Positions 41,929 through 51,446 of a DNA stretch of 64,000 bases are shown one piece after another (within the stretch, counting starts at the first letter, position 1; the number at the start of each line of letters is the position of its first letter). The stretch is from contig JBBQUR010000005.1 in assembly GCA_038212275.1 (NCBI GenBank), forward strand, positions 32,001 through 96,000. Reading direction: 5' to 3'. Under the pieces are notes generated by a model that worked only from the letters and a program-made list of their open reading frames with translations, did not search any database and was not told where the DNA came from. The stretch is from Planctomycetota bacterium. GTDB lineage: Bacteria; Planctomycetota; B15-G4. Both the position numbers and the translations under genes were made by a program.

Positions 41929-43251
41929 TCAGAAGACCAGCTGGTACTGGAGCTGGACCTGGGTCGAGTCCGCTGCGGAGCCCTGGTTGTCCAGCTGGTT
42001 GAGATCCAGCTGCCACTTCCCGTTGAGCCTGTCCACGTAGTAGTTCACGCCGATCGAGGTCTGTGTCTGGTCGGGCGTGGCGGCGAGGTCGACGGTGGAC
42101 CGGCGCGCGACGAGCTCCCACCTGTTCGCGACGAGGAACCAGCCGACCTGCACGGTGCTGCCGCTGTTGTCGACATCCGATCCGGACTGCGGATCCGACG
42201 TCTGGTCGTAGACCTCGGTCAGCACGGACCACGGGCCGCTCATGAGCTGGGCTTCCCAGTTCGTCGTCGTCGTGTCCGTGCCCGGCGTCACCGTGTTCAG
42301 GCCGGACGAGTCCACGTTCTGGTTCGCCGCGAAGCCGAGGCTGAGCTTCGTGCTGCCGTCGTTCAGCGTCTGGAACGAAGGCCCCTGCGGAATGAACGAG
42401 CCGAGCGGGTTGTAGGCCACGCGGAAGCCCGAGCGCAGCCCGTCCTGGCTGGAACCCGAGGGATTGCTCGCGCCGGTGCCCTGGCCGTTCGATGACGCGA
42501 CGTAGTATTCCCAGTCTCCATCGCCCGCCGTGCCCCAGACCATCGCGCCCGGTTCGTACGACGGCGCGAACTGCTTGGAGGCGATCGACCGTTCGGCGAA
42601 GGAGAGCGCGCTGGAGGAGATCTGCTCCTCGAGACCGAAAGGAAACTTGAACTGGCCGAGCTTCACGGCATCCGTGGGGTCGAAAGCCCAGTTGATGAAG
42701 GCATCCCGCAACGCGAAGTTCGTCGTCGACGAGGTCGAGCTGGACGTGCTCTGCGTGGCCATGTTCATTTCGAGCTTGTAGGTCACGTTCTCGGCGCCTG
42801 CCGTGCCTTCGAAGGCAAGGCGGGAGAGCGGGATGCTGTAGTTCCTGCTGTCCTTGCTGTCGTCGTCGGAGTTGATGACGTCGAGCCGCGCCTGCAGCAG
42901 GCCCTTCACGCCCAGCGACCACTTGCCGTCGGGCGACTTGAACAGCAGCTTGCCGGGCGCGCCGCCGGTCACCTCCACGGAGGGCGCCGCGAGGCGCTGC
43001 AACCTCGCCTCGATCAGCGAGATTTCCTGGTCCTCGGCCTCCACGCGTTCGCGCGCGAGCGCCAGCACGCTGTCGTACTGCTCGGGTGAGATCACGCCTT
43101 GTTCGAGCAGGATGTCGAGCAGCGCGGTCTCCATGGTCGGCTTTCCGCCGGGCGGCTCGTTCTGCGCGCACAGGATCGCCGAGGGAAGGGCATGCATCAC
43201 GAAGGTCGTGAGCAGTGCAGGCAGCAGGAGTCCGCGGTGTGGAAGGCGCAT
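41929..43251 (-). CDS. phosphate-selective porin (OprO/OprP-like)
   Basis: RLAFEG, LRDAFIN, KLGQFKFPFGLE, FAERS; amphipathic beta strands; C-terminal QYQLVF. Confidence 0.82.
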   Translation of the reverse strand: MRLPHRGLLLPALLTTFVMHALPSAILCAQNEPPGGKPTMETALLDILLEQGVISPEQYDSVLALARERVEAEDQEISLIEARLQRLAAPSVEVTGGAPGKLLFKSPDGKWSLGVKGLLQARLDVINSDDDSKDSRNYSIPLSRLAFEGTAGAENVTYKLEMNMATQSTSSSTSSTTNFALRDAFINWAFDPTDAVKLGQFKFPFGLEEQISSSALSFAERSIASKQFAPSYEPGAMVWGTAGDGDWEYYVASSNGQGTGASNPSGSSQDGLRSGFRVAYNPLGSFIPQGPSFQTLNDGSTKLSLGFAANQNVDSSGLNTVTPGTDTTTTNWEAQLMSGPWSVLTEVYDQTSDPQSGSDVDNSGSTVQVGWFLVANRWELVARRSTVDLAATPDQTQTSIGVNYYVDRLNGKWQLDLNQLDNQGSAADSTQVQLQYQLVF

Positions 43252-43368
43252 GAAGAAGCTCCTGCAGGCGGGTCGCAGGTCCAGGGTCGGGTCACGGCAC
43301 CTGCAGGCGCTGCTCGAACGCGGCGCAACGTACATCCGTGACCCGGGCCGACGAAACGCGTTTGCGGC

Positions 43369-44211
43369 TCAGTGCGTACGAAGGGTCTCGAGCGCAGCCC
43401 GGGTCTTGGACTTGCCGTCGGTGATCAACTCGATCCCGCGGATGCGGAACACGTCATCGAGAGCGACGGCCGTTGCCCCTGCGTCGGTCGATGGCACCTT
43501 CACGGAGAATTCCAGCAGCTCGGTGCCTCCGGGCAGCGTCCAGACTTCGGCAGCCAGCTTGTCCTGCATCTGCTGCACGCTGACATGCCATTCCTTCGCG
43601 GCAATCGGTCCGAAGGGAACAAGGCCGTCCCAGTCGGGCATCAGGCGGCCGTAAGTCCGGAGGAAGTCGAGCTGGCGTCCGCTCAGGATCGACTCGATGC
43701 CCTTCCCGCCGGCGACCACCTTGTCGATGTCGCTGGCCTTGCACTCGAGGGTGAGGGAGCAGGCATCCACGCTGGTCGCGCCGATGCTGTCCTCCTCGCA
43801 TTTGAAGCCGTCCTGTTCGAACCAGGCTGCGGCCACGGCAGTCCGGGCAAGCGGCCGCAGTTTCACGGTGACGTCGTCGCTGCCGCCCTTCACCTTGCGC
43901 AGGCGCAGGATGATCCCGGCCTGGATCAGGTCGAGCGAGGGCGTGTCGAAAAAGGTGACTTCGAGCTTCGACTCCGCCGGGTCGATCAGGCCGAACACCG
44001 CGCGCGTCGCCGGGATCATGTCGGTGCGTATCCTGCGCTTCAGCTCCGTCCGCAGCGGAGCTGTCTCGGGCGCGAGCGCTTCGGACGCGGATGGAGCTGA
44101 CCCCTCCCTGGCGTCGCCCGTGCTGCGCCCGCCGGATGTGTCACTGCATGCGGCGAGCGTGACGCCCAGAATGACGAGCCGTGCGGCCGGGAGCAGGAAT
44201 CGCGGAGACAT
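43369..44211 (-). CDS. CYTH / triphosphate tunnel metalloenzyme-like lipoprotein
   Basis: Lipobox LAAC; TELK, FFDTPSLDL...GIILRLR, VTVKLRP, LLEFSVK, SKT motifs. Confidence 0.72.
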   Translation of the reverse strand: MSPRFLLPAARLVILGVTLAACSDTSGGRSTGDAREGSAPSASEALAPETAPLRTELKRRIRTDMIPATRAVFGLIDPAESKLEVTFFDTPSLDLIQAGIILRLRKVKGGSDDVTVKLRPLARTAVAAAWFEQDGFKCEEDSIGATSVDACSLTLECKASDIDKVVAGGKGIESILSGRQLDFLRTYGRLMPDWDGLVPFGPIAAKEWHVSVQQMQDKLAAEVWTLPGGTELLEFSVKVPSTDAGATAVALDDVFRIRGIELITDGKSKTRAALETLRTH

Positions 44212-44242
44212 CGGCGCAGAATACATCAATCGCTTTCGCGAC

Positions 44243-44872
44243 TCAGCCCAGCAGATGGCGCAGGCGCTCGAGCAGCGGACGGAAACCGGCGCTCGAGAGC
44301 TGGCCGGCCAGGATCAGGCCGGTCAGCGCACCTCCGATGTGCGCCTCGTGCCCGACGTTGCCGAGCCGGCGCTTCGCCGCCCAGATCGACACGAGCACGT
44401 AGCCGATGGCGAAAGCCGGGGCCGGAATGCCGACCGGCAGGAAGAAGAAAGCCACGTCCATGCGGGGCTCGAGCACGATGGCGGCGAAGAGCACGCCCGA
44501 GACCGCGCCACTGGCGCCGAGTGCGCGATAGCCCGGCGTGTTCCGGTGCACGAAAAACGTGAGCAGCGTGGAGCCCACCGCGGCCAGAACGTAGATGATC
44601 AGCATCTTCACGGGCCCGAGGAACTCTTCCACGACGGGGCCGAAGAAGTACAGCGTCATCATGTTGAAGAGCAGATGCGCGATGTCCGCATGCGCGAATT
44701 GCGAGAGCAGCATCCCGGACAGGTTGCGCCCGTTCTGCACCTCTTCGGGCATGAACAGGAAGTCCTCCGTCACATGGTCGCCCCGCATGCGCGAGAAGGC
44801 CCTGAACGAGACGGCGAGATTCACGGCGATCAGCAGCAGCGTGACCGGGGCGTGCGGCATGTCTTCCATCAT
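44243..44872 (-). CDS. rhomboid family intramembrane serine protease
   Basis: FAHADIAHLLFNM, GASGAVSG, HEAHIGG. Confidence 0.92.
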   Translation of the reverse strand: MMEDMPHAPVTLLLIAVNLAVSFRAFSRMRGDHVTEDFLFMPEEVQNGRNLSGMLLSQFAHADIAHLLFNMMTLYFFGPVVEEFLGPVKMLIIYVLAAVGSTLLTFFVHRNTPGYRALGASGAVSGVLFAAIVLEPRMDVAFFFLPVGIPAPAFAIGYVLVSIWAAKRRLGNVGHEAHIGGALTGLILAGQLSSAGFRPLLERLRHLLG

Positions 44873-45104
44873 GAGCGGTCACTCCGGTGGCATGGCCAGG
44901 GCCCGTGGCGCGGGGCGGGCCGGCGGCGCGGGGCGGGCTGGCGGCGCGGGGCGAGCCGGCCTCGCGCGTCGGGCCGGCGGTACGTGGCCTGGTTCATCGG
45001 GCGGCAGCGTAGCGTCATGAGCCGTCAGGCACCCAGCGCGATCGGGACGACCGCGAGCGCGGGTGGCTGGGTCGGGGGCAGCGTCGCCGCGCCGTCAGCG
45101 GCCG

Positions 45105-46442
45105 TCAGCTGCCGTCGCGCAGCCGAGCCAGCATGCCGTGCGCGGCGGCGACGCCGCTCGCGAAGCAGGCGGTCAGCAGGTAGCCGCCGGTGGGGGCCTC
45201 CCAGTCGAGCATCTCTCCAGCGCAGAAGACGCCGGGCCGCGCTCGCAGTTGCAGGCCGGGCGTCAGCGCCTCCCAGCGGACGCCGCCCGCCGTGCTGATC
45301 GCCTCGTCCAGCGGTCGTGGTGCGGTCAGCGTGAGCGGCAGCGCCTTGATGGCGGAGGCGAGCCGCGCGGGGTCGGCAAGCAGCTCGCGCGGCAGGAGTT
45401 CGTGAAGCAAGGCGGCCCGGACTCCCTCGAGGCCGAGGCGGCTTCTCAGGTGATTGGCCAGCGAGCGCGACCCGCGCGGCCGCGCCAGCGCGTCGCGGAC
45501 ATGGGCCTCGGTGCGCCCTGGCAGCAGGTCGAGGTGCAGGACGGCCGCGCCGTGCGCTTCGATCGCGTCGCGCGCCGGCGCGGACACCGCGTAGATGAGG
45601 CCGCCTTCGACGCCGGTGTCGGTGATCAAGCACTCGCCGGCCTGGAAGAACGCGGCGCCGTCCGGAGCGGTGAACGACACGGTCAAAGGCTTGAGCGGAT
45701 GCCCGGCGAAGCGGCTGCGGAAGTGATCGCTCCAGCCGGGCAGGGTGCCGCCTCCGGGCCCCGTCGGCGTGGACACCGCGTCGGCGAGGCGGGCTGCCAC
45801 GGGTCGCGAGATGTCGAAGCCGCTGTTGGACGGGCGCAGCGGGGCGACGTCCACGCCGCACTCGCGCAGCAGCGGCACCCAGGCGCCGGTCGAACCGAGC
45901 CGCGCCCAGCTTCCTCCACCCAGCGCGAGCAGCACGGCACGGCAGCTGAAGCTCAGCTCGCCTCGCGGCGTGGCGAATCTCAGCGTGTGGTGCCCGTCGC
46001 GGGAGGGGCCGAAGCCGAGCCAGCGATGGCGCATCGAGAAGGCCACGCCGGCCCCGCGCAGACGCACCAGCCAGGCACGCAGCAGTGGCGCGGCCTGCAT
46101 GCCGACGGGGAAGACACGGCCTGAGCTGCCGACGAAGGTTTCGACGCCGAGACCCGCAGCCCACGCCCGCAAGGCGTCGGCCCCGAAGGCGTCGAGCAGA
46201 GGCTCGAGTTGCCGACGTCGCGGACCGTAGCGGCCGAGAAACTGCTCGCGCGGCTCGCCGTGGGTGAGGTTGAGGCCGCCCTTGCCCGCGATCAGGAATT
46301 TGCGTCCGACCGTGGGCATGGCATCGAAGAGCGTGACGCGCACGCCTGCGGCGGAGAGCACCTCGGCCGCCATCAGCCCGGCCGGTCCGCCGCCGACGAT
46401 GGCGATGGGCAGATCGTCCGGTGGGGAGGCCTCGATGGGCAT
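45105..46442 (-). CDS. HI0933/YhiN-like NAD(P)/FAD-dependent oxidoreductase
   Basis: GGGPAGLMAA, GRKFLIAGKGGLNLTH, SSGRVFP, ALGGGSW, AISTAGGV, AGEMLDWEAPTGGYLLTACFASG. Confidence 0.9.
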   Translation of the reverse strand: MPIEASPPDDLPIAIVGGGPAGLMAAEVLSAAGVRVTLFDAMPTVGRKFLIAGKGGLNLTHGEPREQFLGRYGPRRRQLEPLLDAFGADALRAWAAGLGVETFVGSSGRVFPVGMQAAPLLRAWLVRLRGAGVAFSMRHRWLGFGPSRDGHHTLRFATPRGELSFSCRAVLLALGGGSWARLGSTGAWVPLLRECGVDVAPLRPSNSGFDISRPVAARLADAVSTPTGPGGGTLPGWSDHFRSRFAGHPLKPLTVSFTAPDGAAFFQAGECLITDTGVEGGLIYAVSAPARDAIEAHGAAVLHLDLLPGRTEAHVRDALARPRGSRSLANHLRSRLGLEGVRAALLHELLPRELLADPARLASAIKALPLTLTAPRPLDEAISTAGGVRWEALTPGLQLRARPGVFCAGEMLDWEAPTGGYLLTACFASGVAAAHGMLARLRDGS

Positions 46443-46562
46443 GCGATGGGCTCGAGCGTGAGCGCACGGAACTCCGGCGCAGCGCCGGTGCGCGCAGTGT
46501 GGCACATGCACGTAACGCCGCGCGGGGCCAGCCGTCCTTGAGAAAGTCCCCGAGGAGCCACC

Positions 46563-46898
46563 ATGACCGCCGCCCTGCTTGCCGACGACATTCCCGCTCC
46601 GCTCGTGGCAGTGCTGCGCTCGCGCCGGCACCGTCGCGAGTGGGAGAACGTCCGCGCCTTCCGCGTGCTCTTCTCGACGGGCGACGAGACGGTGCTGCTG
46701 TCCAGCGTCACGCCGCCGATCGCGGGCGCGATCCGATACGGTGCCGACGGCGAGGTGCTGCCGTCGTTTCTCACGGTGCAGCATCCGCGCCTGCACGTCG
46801 TGCGTGCCGACGAGATCCTCTCCTGCGTGGAGGTCGACGCACCTCGGCGCAGCCGGAGGCGCCCGGCTCCGCGCCGCACGAAACGACGCGTCAGCTAG
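46563..46898 (+). CDS. hypothetical 111-aa protein with basic C-terminal tail
   Basis: GAGGAG RBS upstream of ATG; fills the gap between two minus-strand genes. Confidence 0.55.
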   Translation: MTAALLADDIPAPLVAVLRSRRHRREWENVRAFRVLFSTGDETVLLSSVTPPIAGAIRYGADGEVLPSFLTVQHPRLHVVRADEILSCVEVDAPRRSRRRPAPRRTKRRVS

Positions 46899-47985
46899 CA
46901 GCCGGTGAGCCGTACCAGCGCTCGAGCACGGCGCGCCACTCGTCGAGACCGTGCGTCGTGGCGAAGGCGTTGCGCACGGCTTCGTGCTCCGGGTGCATGC
47001 GGGCGAACTTGATGGCGAACATCCGCATCGTCGCGTGGGCGCCGGCCGTGCCGCCGGCCTCCATGCAGAGCTGCAGGTGCAGCAGAAGGACGCGGCGTTG
47101 CTCGGCAAGGTCGGGCACGGGGAGCGGAAGGCCGGCGGCCAGGGCGCGGGCCTGACCGAAGATCCACGGGTTGCCGATGGCGCCGCGCGCCACCGAGACG
47201 CCGTCGACTCCGGTGTGGGCGAGCATGTCGAGGCAGGCCTGGGCGGTGAAGAGGTCGCCGCTGCCCAGAATGGTGCGCGAGCCGGCGAGGGCCTTCACCT
47301 CGCGCAGGACATCCCAGTTGCTTGGCCCGTCGTACTTCTGCGCGACGGTGCGGCCGTGCACCGTGATGGCGGCCACGCCGCGCGCGAAGGCGCCGTCGAG
47401 GATTTCATCGAAGCGGGCGCGGCTCTCGGCGGAGTCGTCCAGGCCGCGCCGCATCTTCAGCGTGACCGGAATCTCCGGCGGCACCGCTTCGCGCACGCGC
47501 TCGACGATCTCCAGCGCGATGGCCGGCTGGCCCAGGTGGTAACCGCCCCGGCAGCCTCCGACCGCGGACTTCACGGGGCAGCCGAAGTTGATGTCGATGA
47601 CGTCGAAGCCTGCGGCGACGAGCCGCGCCGCGGCAGGCGCGAAGTCTGCCGGCACGGAGCCCATGAGCTGCCCGCCCACGGGATGTTCCTCGTCGGTCAC
47701 GCGCAGGTGGTGGGCGGTGCGCGAACGCTGCTTCAACTCCAGGAGAAATCTTTCGATCAGCACCTCGCCCAGCGTGTACGGGGCGCCGAGCCGGCGCGCG
47801 ACGCGGCGCATCGGCCCGTCGCTGTAGCCGCTGAGCGCCGCCTGCACGACGGGGAAGCCGATCTCCACGTTGCCCAGGCGGAGCGGTCGCAGCGCGATCG
47901 GAGCACCCGTCGCGGCGCCTGCCGCCGGTCGCGGCGTCCGGATGGGCGGCGGCAGCAGGTCGATGCGTGATGCGGAGTTTGTCAC
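46891..47985 (-). CDS. tRNA-dihydrouridine synthase (DusB-like)
   Basis: IDINFGCP, VTLKMRRG, ITVHGRT, GSGDL, ARGAIGNPWIF. Start approximate. Confidence 0.9.
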   Translation of the reverse strand: MTNSASRIDLLPPPIRTPRPAAGAATGAPIALRPLRLGNVEIGFPVVQAALSGYSDGPMRRVARRLGAPYTLGEVLIERFLLELKQRSRTAHHLRVTDEEHPVGGQLMGSVPADFAPAAARLVAAGFDVIDINFGCPVKSAVGGCRGGYHLGQPAIALEIVERVREAVPPEIPVTLKMRRGLDDSAESRARFDEILDGAFARGVAAITVHGRTVAQKYDGPSNWDVLREVKALAGSRTILGSGDLFTAQACLDMLAHTGVDGVSVARGAIGNPWIFGQARALAAGLPLPVPDLAEQRRVLLLHLQLCMEAGGTAGAHATMRMFAIKFARMHPEHEAVRNAFATTHGLDEWRAVLERWYGSPAAS

Positions 47986-48335
47986 GCCCACGAGTGTGAC
48001 GCCGGCGTGCCCGGCACGGAAGTCGGGCGGCACGCACTCCGGGAGGCCACTGGAGCGGAAGCCGGATCTCACCGCGCGCCGAGCCGCATTGCAGATCAGT
48101 CGTTTCGGCTGCGCACGGCGGAGTCAGGCGTGTCGCCCTCGTCGCCACGCGGCCGCGCGCAACGACCCGGGAGACTTCTCCTCGCAACACACCCTTGGAA
48201 ACATGGTGTATTCTCCTTCCCGCGAATGTTTTCGAAGCGTGGTCTTGTCGGGCAGTACGGAATCGACCACCGGCCATGCAGTCGAGACGTCGCGACCCGT
48301 CAGCGAAAGCAAGTCACCTCCAAAGGACAACACCG

Positions 48336-50621
48336 ATGAAGCAATTCTGGTCTTCAACACCAAACTCCCTGCGGCGCAGGTTCGCTCCTGCCGCAGCGCT
48401 GGCCCTCGTCGCGGCCGCGTTCACCACGCCTGATGTCGTCGCGCAGCAGTCCGTTGCACGCCAGTGGAACGAGAAGCAGCTGGCGTCGATCCGTCTCGAC
48501 CTGGCTCGCCCGGTCGTCGGCGCGCGCAACCTCTATCACGTCTCCGCAGCCATGTGGGATGCATGGGCCACCTACGACTTCAACGCGCACCCGGTCTACT
48601 TCAGCGAGAGTCACGCGACGAGCGATCCGAACGTCGAAGCGTGGCGCAACGAAGCGATCAGCTTTGCCGCGTACCGCGTCCTGATCGACCGCTACGCCGC
48701 TTCGCCGGGCGCCGCAGTCGTCCTGCCGCAGTACGACGCGCTCATGGCCACGCTCGGCTACGACAAGAACAACACGTCCGTCGTGGGTGACTCGCCTGCC
48801 GCCATCGGCAATCGCATCGCGGCGCGCGTCATTGCCGAAGGCCTGGTCGACGGCGCCAACCAGCAGAACAACTACGCCAATCAGTGGTACGTGCCGTCGA
48901 ACCCGCCGCTCATTCCGGCGTTCCCGGGCAACCCCGACCTGATCTACCCGAACCTCTGGCAGCCGCTGGCGATCCAGTTCTTCGTCGACCAGAATGGAAA
49001 CCCGATCCCCGGTGGTTATCCGGGCTTCCTCGGTCCGGAGTGGGGCAACGTCACGCCGTTCTCTCTCTCCACCGATGACCTGACGATCCACCCGAAGGGC
49101 GGACACGACTGGAAGGTCTATCACGACCCGGGTTCGCCCCCGCTGGAAGGCAGCGCGGAGGACCAGTACTACAAGAAGACCTTCGAGACGACGCTGGTCT
49201 GGTCTTCGCACCTCGATCCGACCGACGGCGTGATGGTCGACGCCTCGCCGGCTGGCGTCGGCCAGGCCGTGCTCCCCAACGGTCTCTCCGAGTACGACCA
49301 GTTCTACGACTTCCTCGAAGGCGGCGACAACGGCACCGGCTACGCCCTGAACCCGATCACCGGCCAGCCGTATGCCCCGCAGATCGTGCCGCGCGGCGAC
49401 TACGCTCGCTGCCTGGCCGAGTTCTGGGCCGACGGACCGAGTTCGGAGACGCCGCCCGGTCACTGGTTCACGATCTTCAACTACGTCGCTGACGGCCTCG
49501 CCGAGAAGAAGTTCGGTGGCGTCGGTCCGACCGTGAACAATCTCGAGTGGGACGTCAAGGGCTACATCACCCTCGGCGGCGCGATGCACGACGTGGCCAT
49601 CGCCTGCTGGGGTGCCAAGGGTTACTACGACTACATCCGGCCGATCAGCGCCATCCGCCACATGGCGGACAAGGGCCAGAGCTCGGATGTGAATGCTCCT
49701 CACTATGATCCGAACGGGCTGCCGCTCGTTCCGGGCAAGGTGGAGATCATCACTGCGGACCGGACCGGCCCGGGCGGCGACATGGAGCACCTGTTCGGCT
49801 ACGAGGGCGAGATCGCCGCCTATGCATGGCGCGGACCGGACTACATCGTCAATCCGGCCACGGACGTTGCCGGCGTGGACTGGATCCTCGCGAAGGCGTG
49901 GTGGTCCTATCAGCGTCCGTCCTTCGTCACGCCGCCCTTCGCGGGTTACATGTCCGGTCACAGCACGTTCAGCCGCGCGGCGGCCAACGTGATGACGGCT
50001 CTCACCGGGTCCGAGTACTTCCCGAACGGCCTTGGCGAGTTCATCTGCCCGCAGAACCAGTTCCTCGTCTTCGAGGATGGTCCCAGCGTGACGGTGAAGC
50101 TGCAGTGGGCGAAGTATGTCGATGCCTCGGACCAGTGCTCGCTCTCGCGCATCTGGGGCGGCATCCACCCGCCAGCGGATGACATCCCGGGCCGCAAGGA
50201 AGGCATCGAAATCGCTGCCGACGCTCTCACCAAGGCCTACACGGTGTGGACGCCCTGGTCCGACGTCGGGAACAGCCTGGCGGGTCAATCGGGCGCGCCT
50301 GTCCTCGTGGGCACGGGCAAGCTCGATCCGGCGTCCCCGGGCGATCTCACGCTCAGCAATGCCCGGCCGTCGGCGGCCGCCGCACTGCTGGTGTCGCTGA
50401 GCTCCGTGCCGGTGCCCTACAAGGGCGGTGTGCTGGTGGCCAACCCGGCGGCGTTCACGCTGCTCGGGAAGACCCAGGTGGACGGCACGTCCGTGGTGCC
50501 CTTCCATTGGCCGGTCGGCGTGGCCTCGGGCACGCAGGTCTGGTTCCAGTACGCGATTCGCGACGCTGCTGCGGTTCAGCAGGTTGCGCTGAGCAACGCG
50601 GTCCGGGCCGTGACGCCGTGA
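48336..50621 (+). CDS. secreted vanadium-dependent haloperoxidase family protein with C-terminal domain
   Basis: WGAKGYYDYIRP, TPPFAGYMSGHSTFS, LSRIWGGIH vanadate/PAP2 motifs; signal peptide; AAGGA RBS. Confidence 0.88.
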   Translation: MKQFWSSTPNSLRRRFAPAAALALVAAAFTTPDVVAQQSVARQWNEKQLASIRLDLARPVVGARNLYHVSAAMWDAWATYDFNAHPVYFSESHATSDPNVEAWRNEAISFAAYRVLIDRYAASPGAAVVLPQYDALMATLGYDKNNTSVVGDSPAAIGNRIAARVIAEGLVDGANQQNNYANQWYVPSNPPLIPAFPGNPDLIYPNLWQPLAIQFFVDQNGNPIPGGYPGFLGPEWGNVTPFSLSTDDLTIHPKGGHDWKVYHDPGSPPLEGSAEDQYYKKTFETTLVWSSHLDPTDGVMVDASPAGVGQAVLPNGLSEYDQFYDFLEGGDNGTGYALNPITGQPYAPQIVPRGDYARCLAEFWADGPSSETPPGHWFTIFNYVADGLAEKKFGGVGPTVNNLEWDVKGYITLGGAMHDVAIACWGAKGYYDYIRPISAIRHMADKGQSSDVNAPHYDPNGLPLVPGKVEIITADRTGPGGDMEHLFGYEGEIAAYAWRGPDYIVNPATDVAGVDWILAKAWWSYQRPSFVTPPFAGYMSGHSTFSRAAANVMTALTGSEYFPNGLGEFICPQNQFLVFEDGPSVTVKLQWAKYVDASDQCSLSRIWGGIHPPADDIPGRKEGIEIAADALTKAYTVWTPWSDVGNSLAGQSGAPVLVGTGKLDPASPGDLTLSNARPSAAAALLVSLSSVPVPYKGGVLVANPAAFTLLGKTQVDGTSVVPFHWPVGVASGTQVWFQYAIRDAAAVQQVALSNAVRAVTP

Positions 50622-50639
50622 CCTCGTGAGGCGACCCGT

Positions 50640-50673
50640 CCCGGGTCTGGCCCTTCAGCGGGTCAGGCCCGGG
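50640..50673 (+). terminator. hairpin downstream of the haloperoxidase gene
   Basis: cccgggtctggccc / gggtcaggcccggg 14-bp stem with G-U pairs. Confidence 0.5.
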
Positions 50674-50819
50674 GCGTGGTCGTCGTGCGGCCGGGATCTC
50701 CCGGCCATCTGACGAGTTTTGTCCGATGATGCGCGTCGGTGTGCAAGGTCACACCGGCGCGCATTCGCTTTTCCCGCGCGGCGCGTCCCTCCCGTACGAC
50801 GCCCGATGAGCTACGCCCG

Positions 50820-51437
50820 ATGAGCTACGCCAGCCTGCTTGCGACACTCGACGCCTGGTTCTCGCGCGGCAGCGCGGACGCCGGCCCGGGCGTGGTGCCG
50901 TGTCGGCGGGGTTGCAGCGCCTGCTGCCACGGGCCCTTCGACATCTCGCCCGCCGATGCCGCGCTCATCGCCGAGGGCGTGGCGGCGCTTCCGGAAGCCG
51001 AGCGCAGCGCCATGCACGCGCGCGCGCGGTCCCAGCTCTCCCGCTGCGCCGCGTTGCTGCCTGGCTGGGGGCCGCCGTGGCTCGTGGCCGCGGTGGAGGA
51101 GCTCGCCTTTGACACGCTGACGGAACAGCTCGCGGGCGATCCATGCCCGGCGCTGGACCCCGGAGGCGGCTGCGGCCTTTACGAACATCGCCCGGCCACA
51201 TGCCGCATGACGGGGCTGGCGATGGACCTCGGCTCGAACGAGCGGCTCGACAATCACTGCCCGATCCAGGCGGACTTTCCTGCCTACGCAGCGCTGCAAG
51301 CGACTCCCTTCGACCTGCAGCGCTTCGAGGACGAAGCCGAAGTTCACGATGCACGGGCCGCCGACCGCGGCCACGCCAGCACCACCGTCGCCGGCGCCAT
51401 CGAGGCCGCCCTGCGCGGACCCGGGACCCGCGGCTAG
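50820..51437 (+). CDS. YkgJ family Cys-cluster protein
   Basis: CRRGCSACC, CPALD...CGLYEHRPATCR. Confidence 0.85.
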   Translation: MSYASLLATLDAWFSRGSADAGPGVVPCRRGCSACCHGPFDISPADAALIAEGVAALPEAERSAMHARARSQLSRCAALLPGWGPPWLVAAVEELAFDTLTEQLAGDPCPALDPGGGCGLYEHRPATCRMTGLAMDLGSNERLDNHCPIQADFPAYAALQATPFDLQRFEDEAEVHDARAADRGHASTTVAGAIEAALRGPGTRG

Positions 51438-51446
51438 CATGGCGTG

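Noticed and set aside
48015..48080. Cobalamin-riboswitch-like words (GGAAGTCGG...TCCGG...GCCACTG...GAAGCCGGA) upstream of the haloperoxidase
   Set aside because: The spacing and conserved pairings do not fit and the downstream gene is not B12-related. An Infernal scan would settle it.
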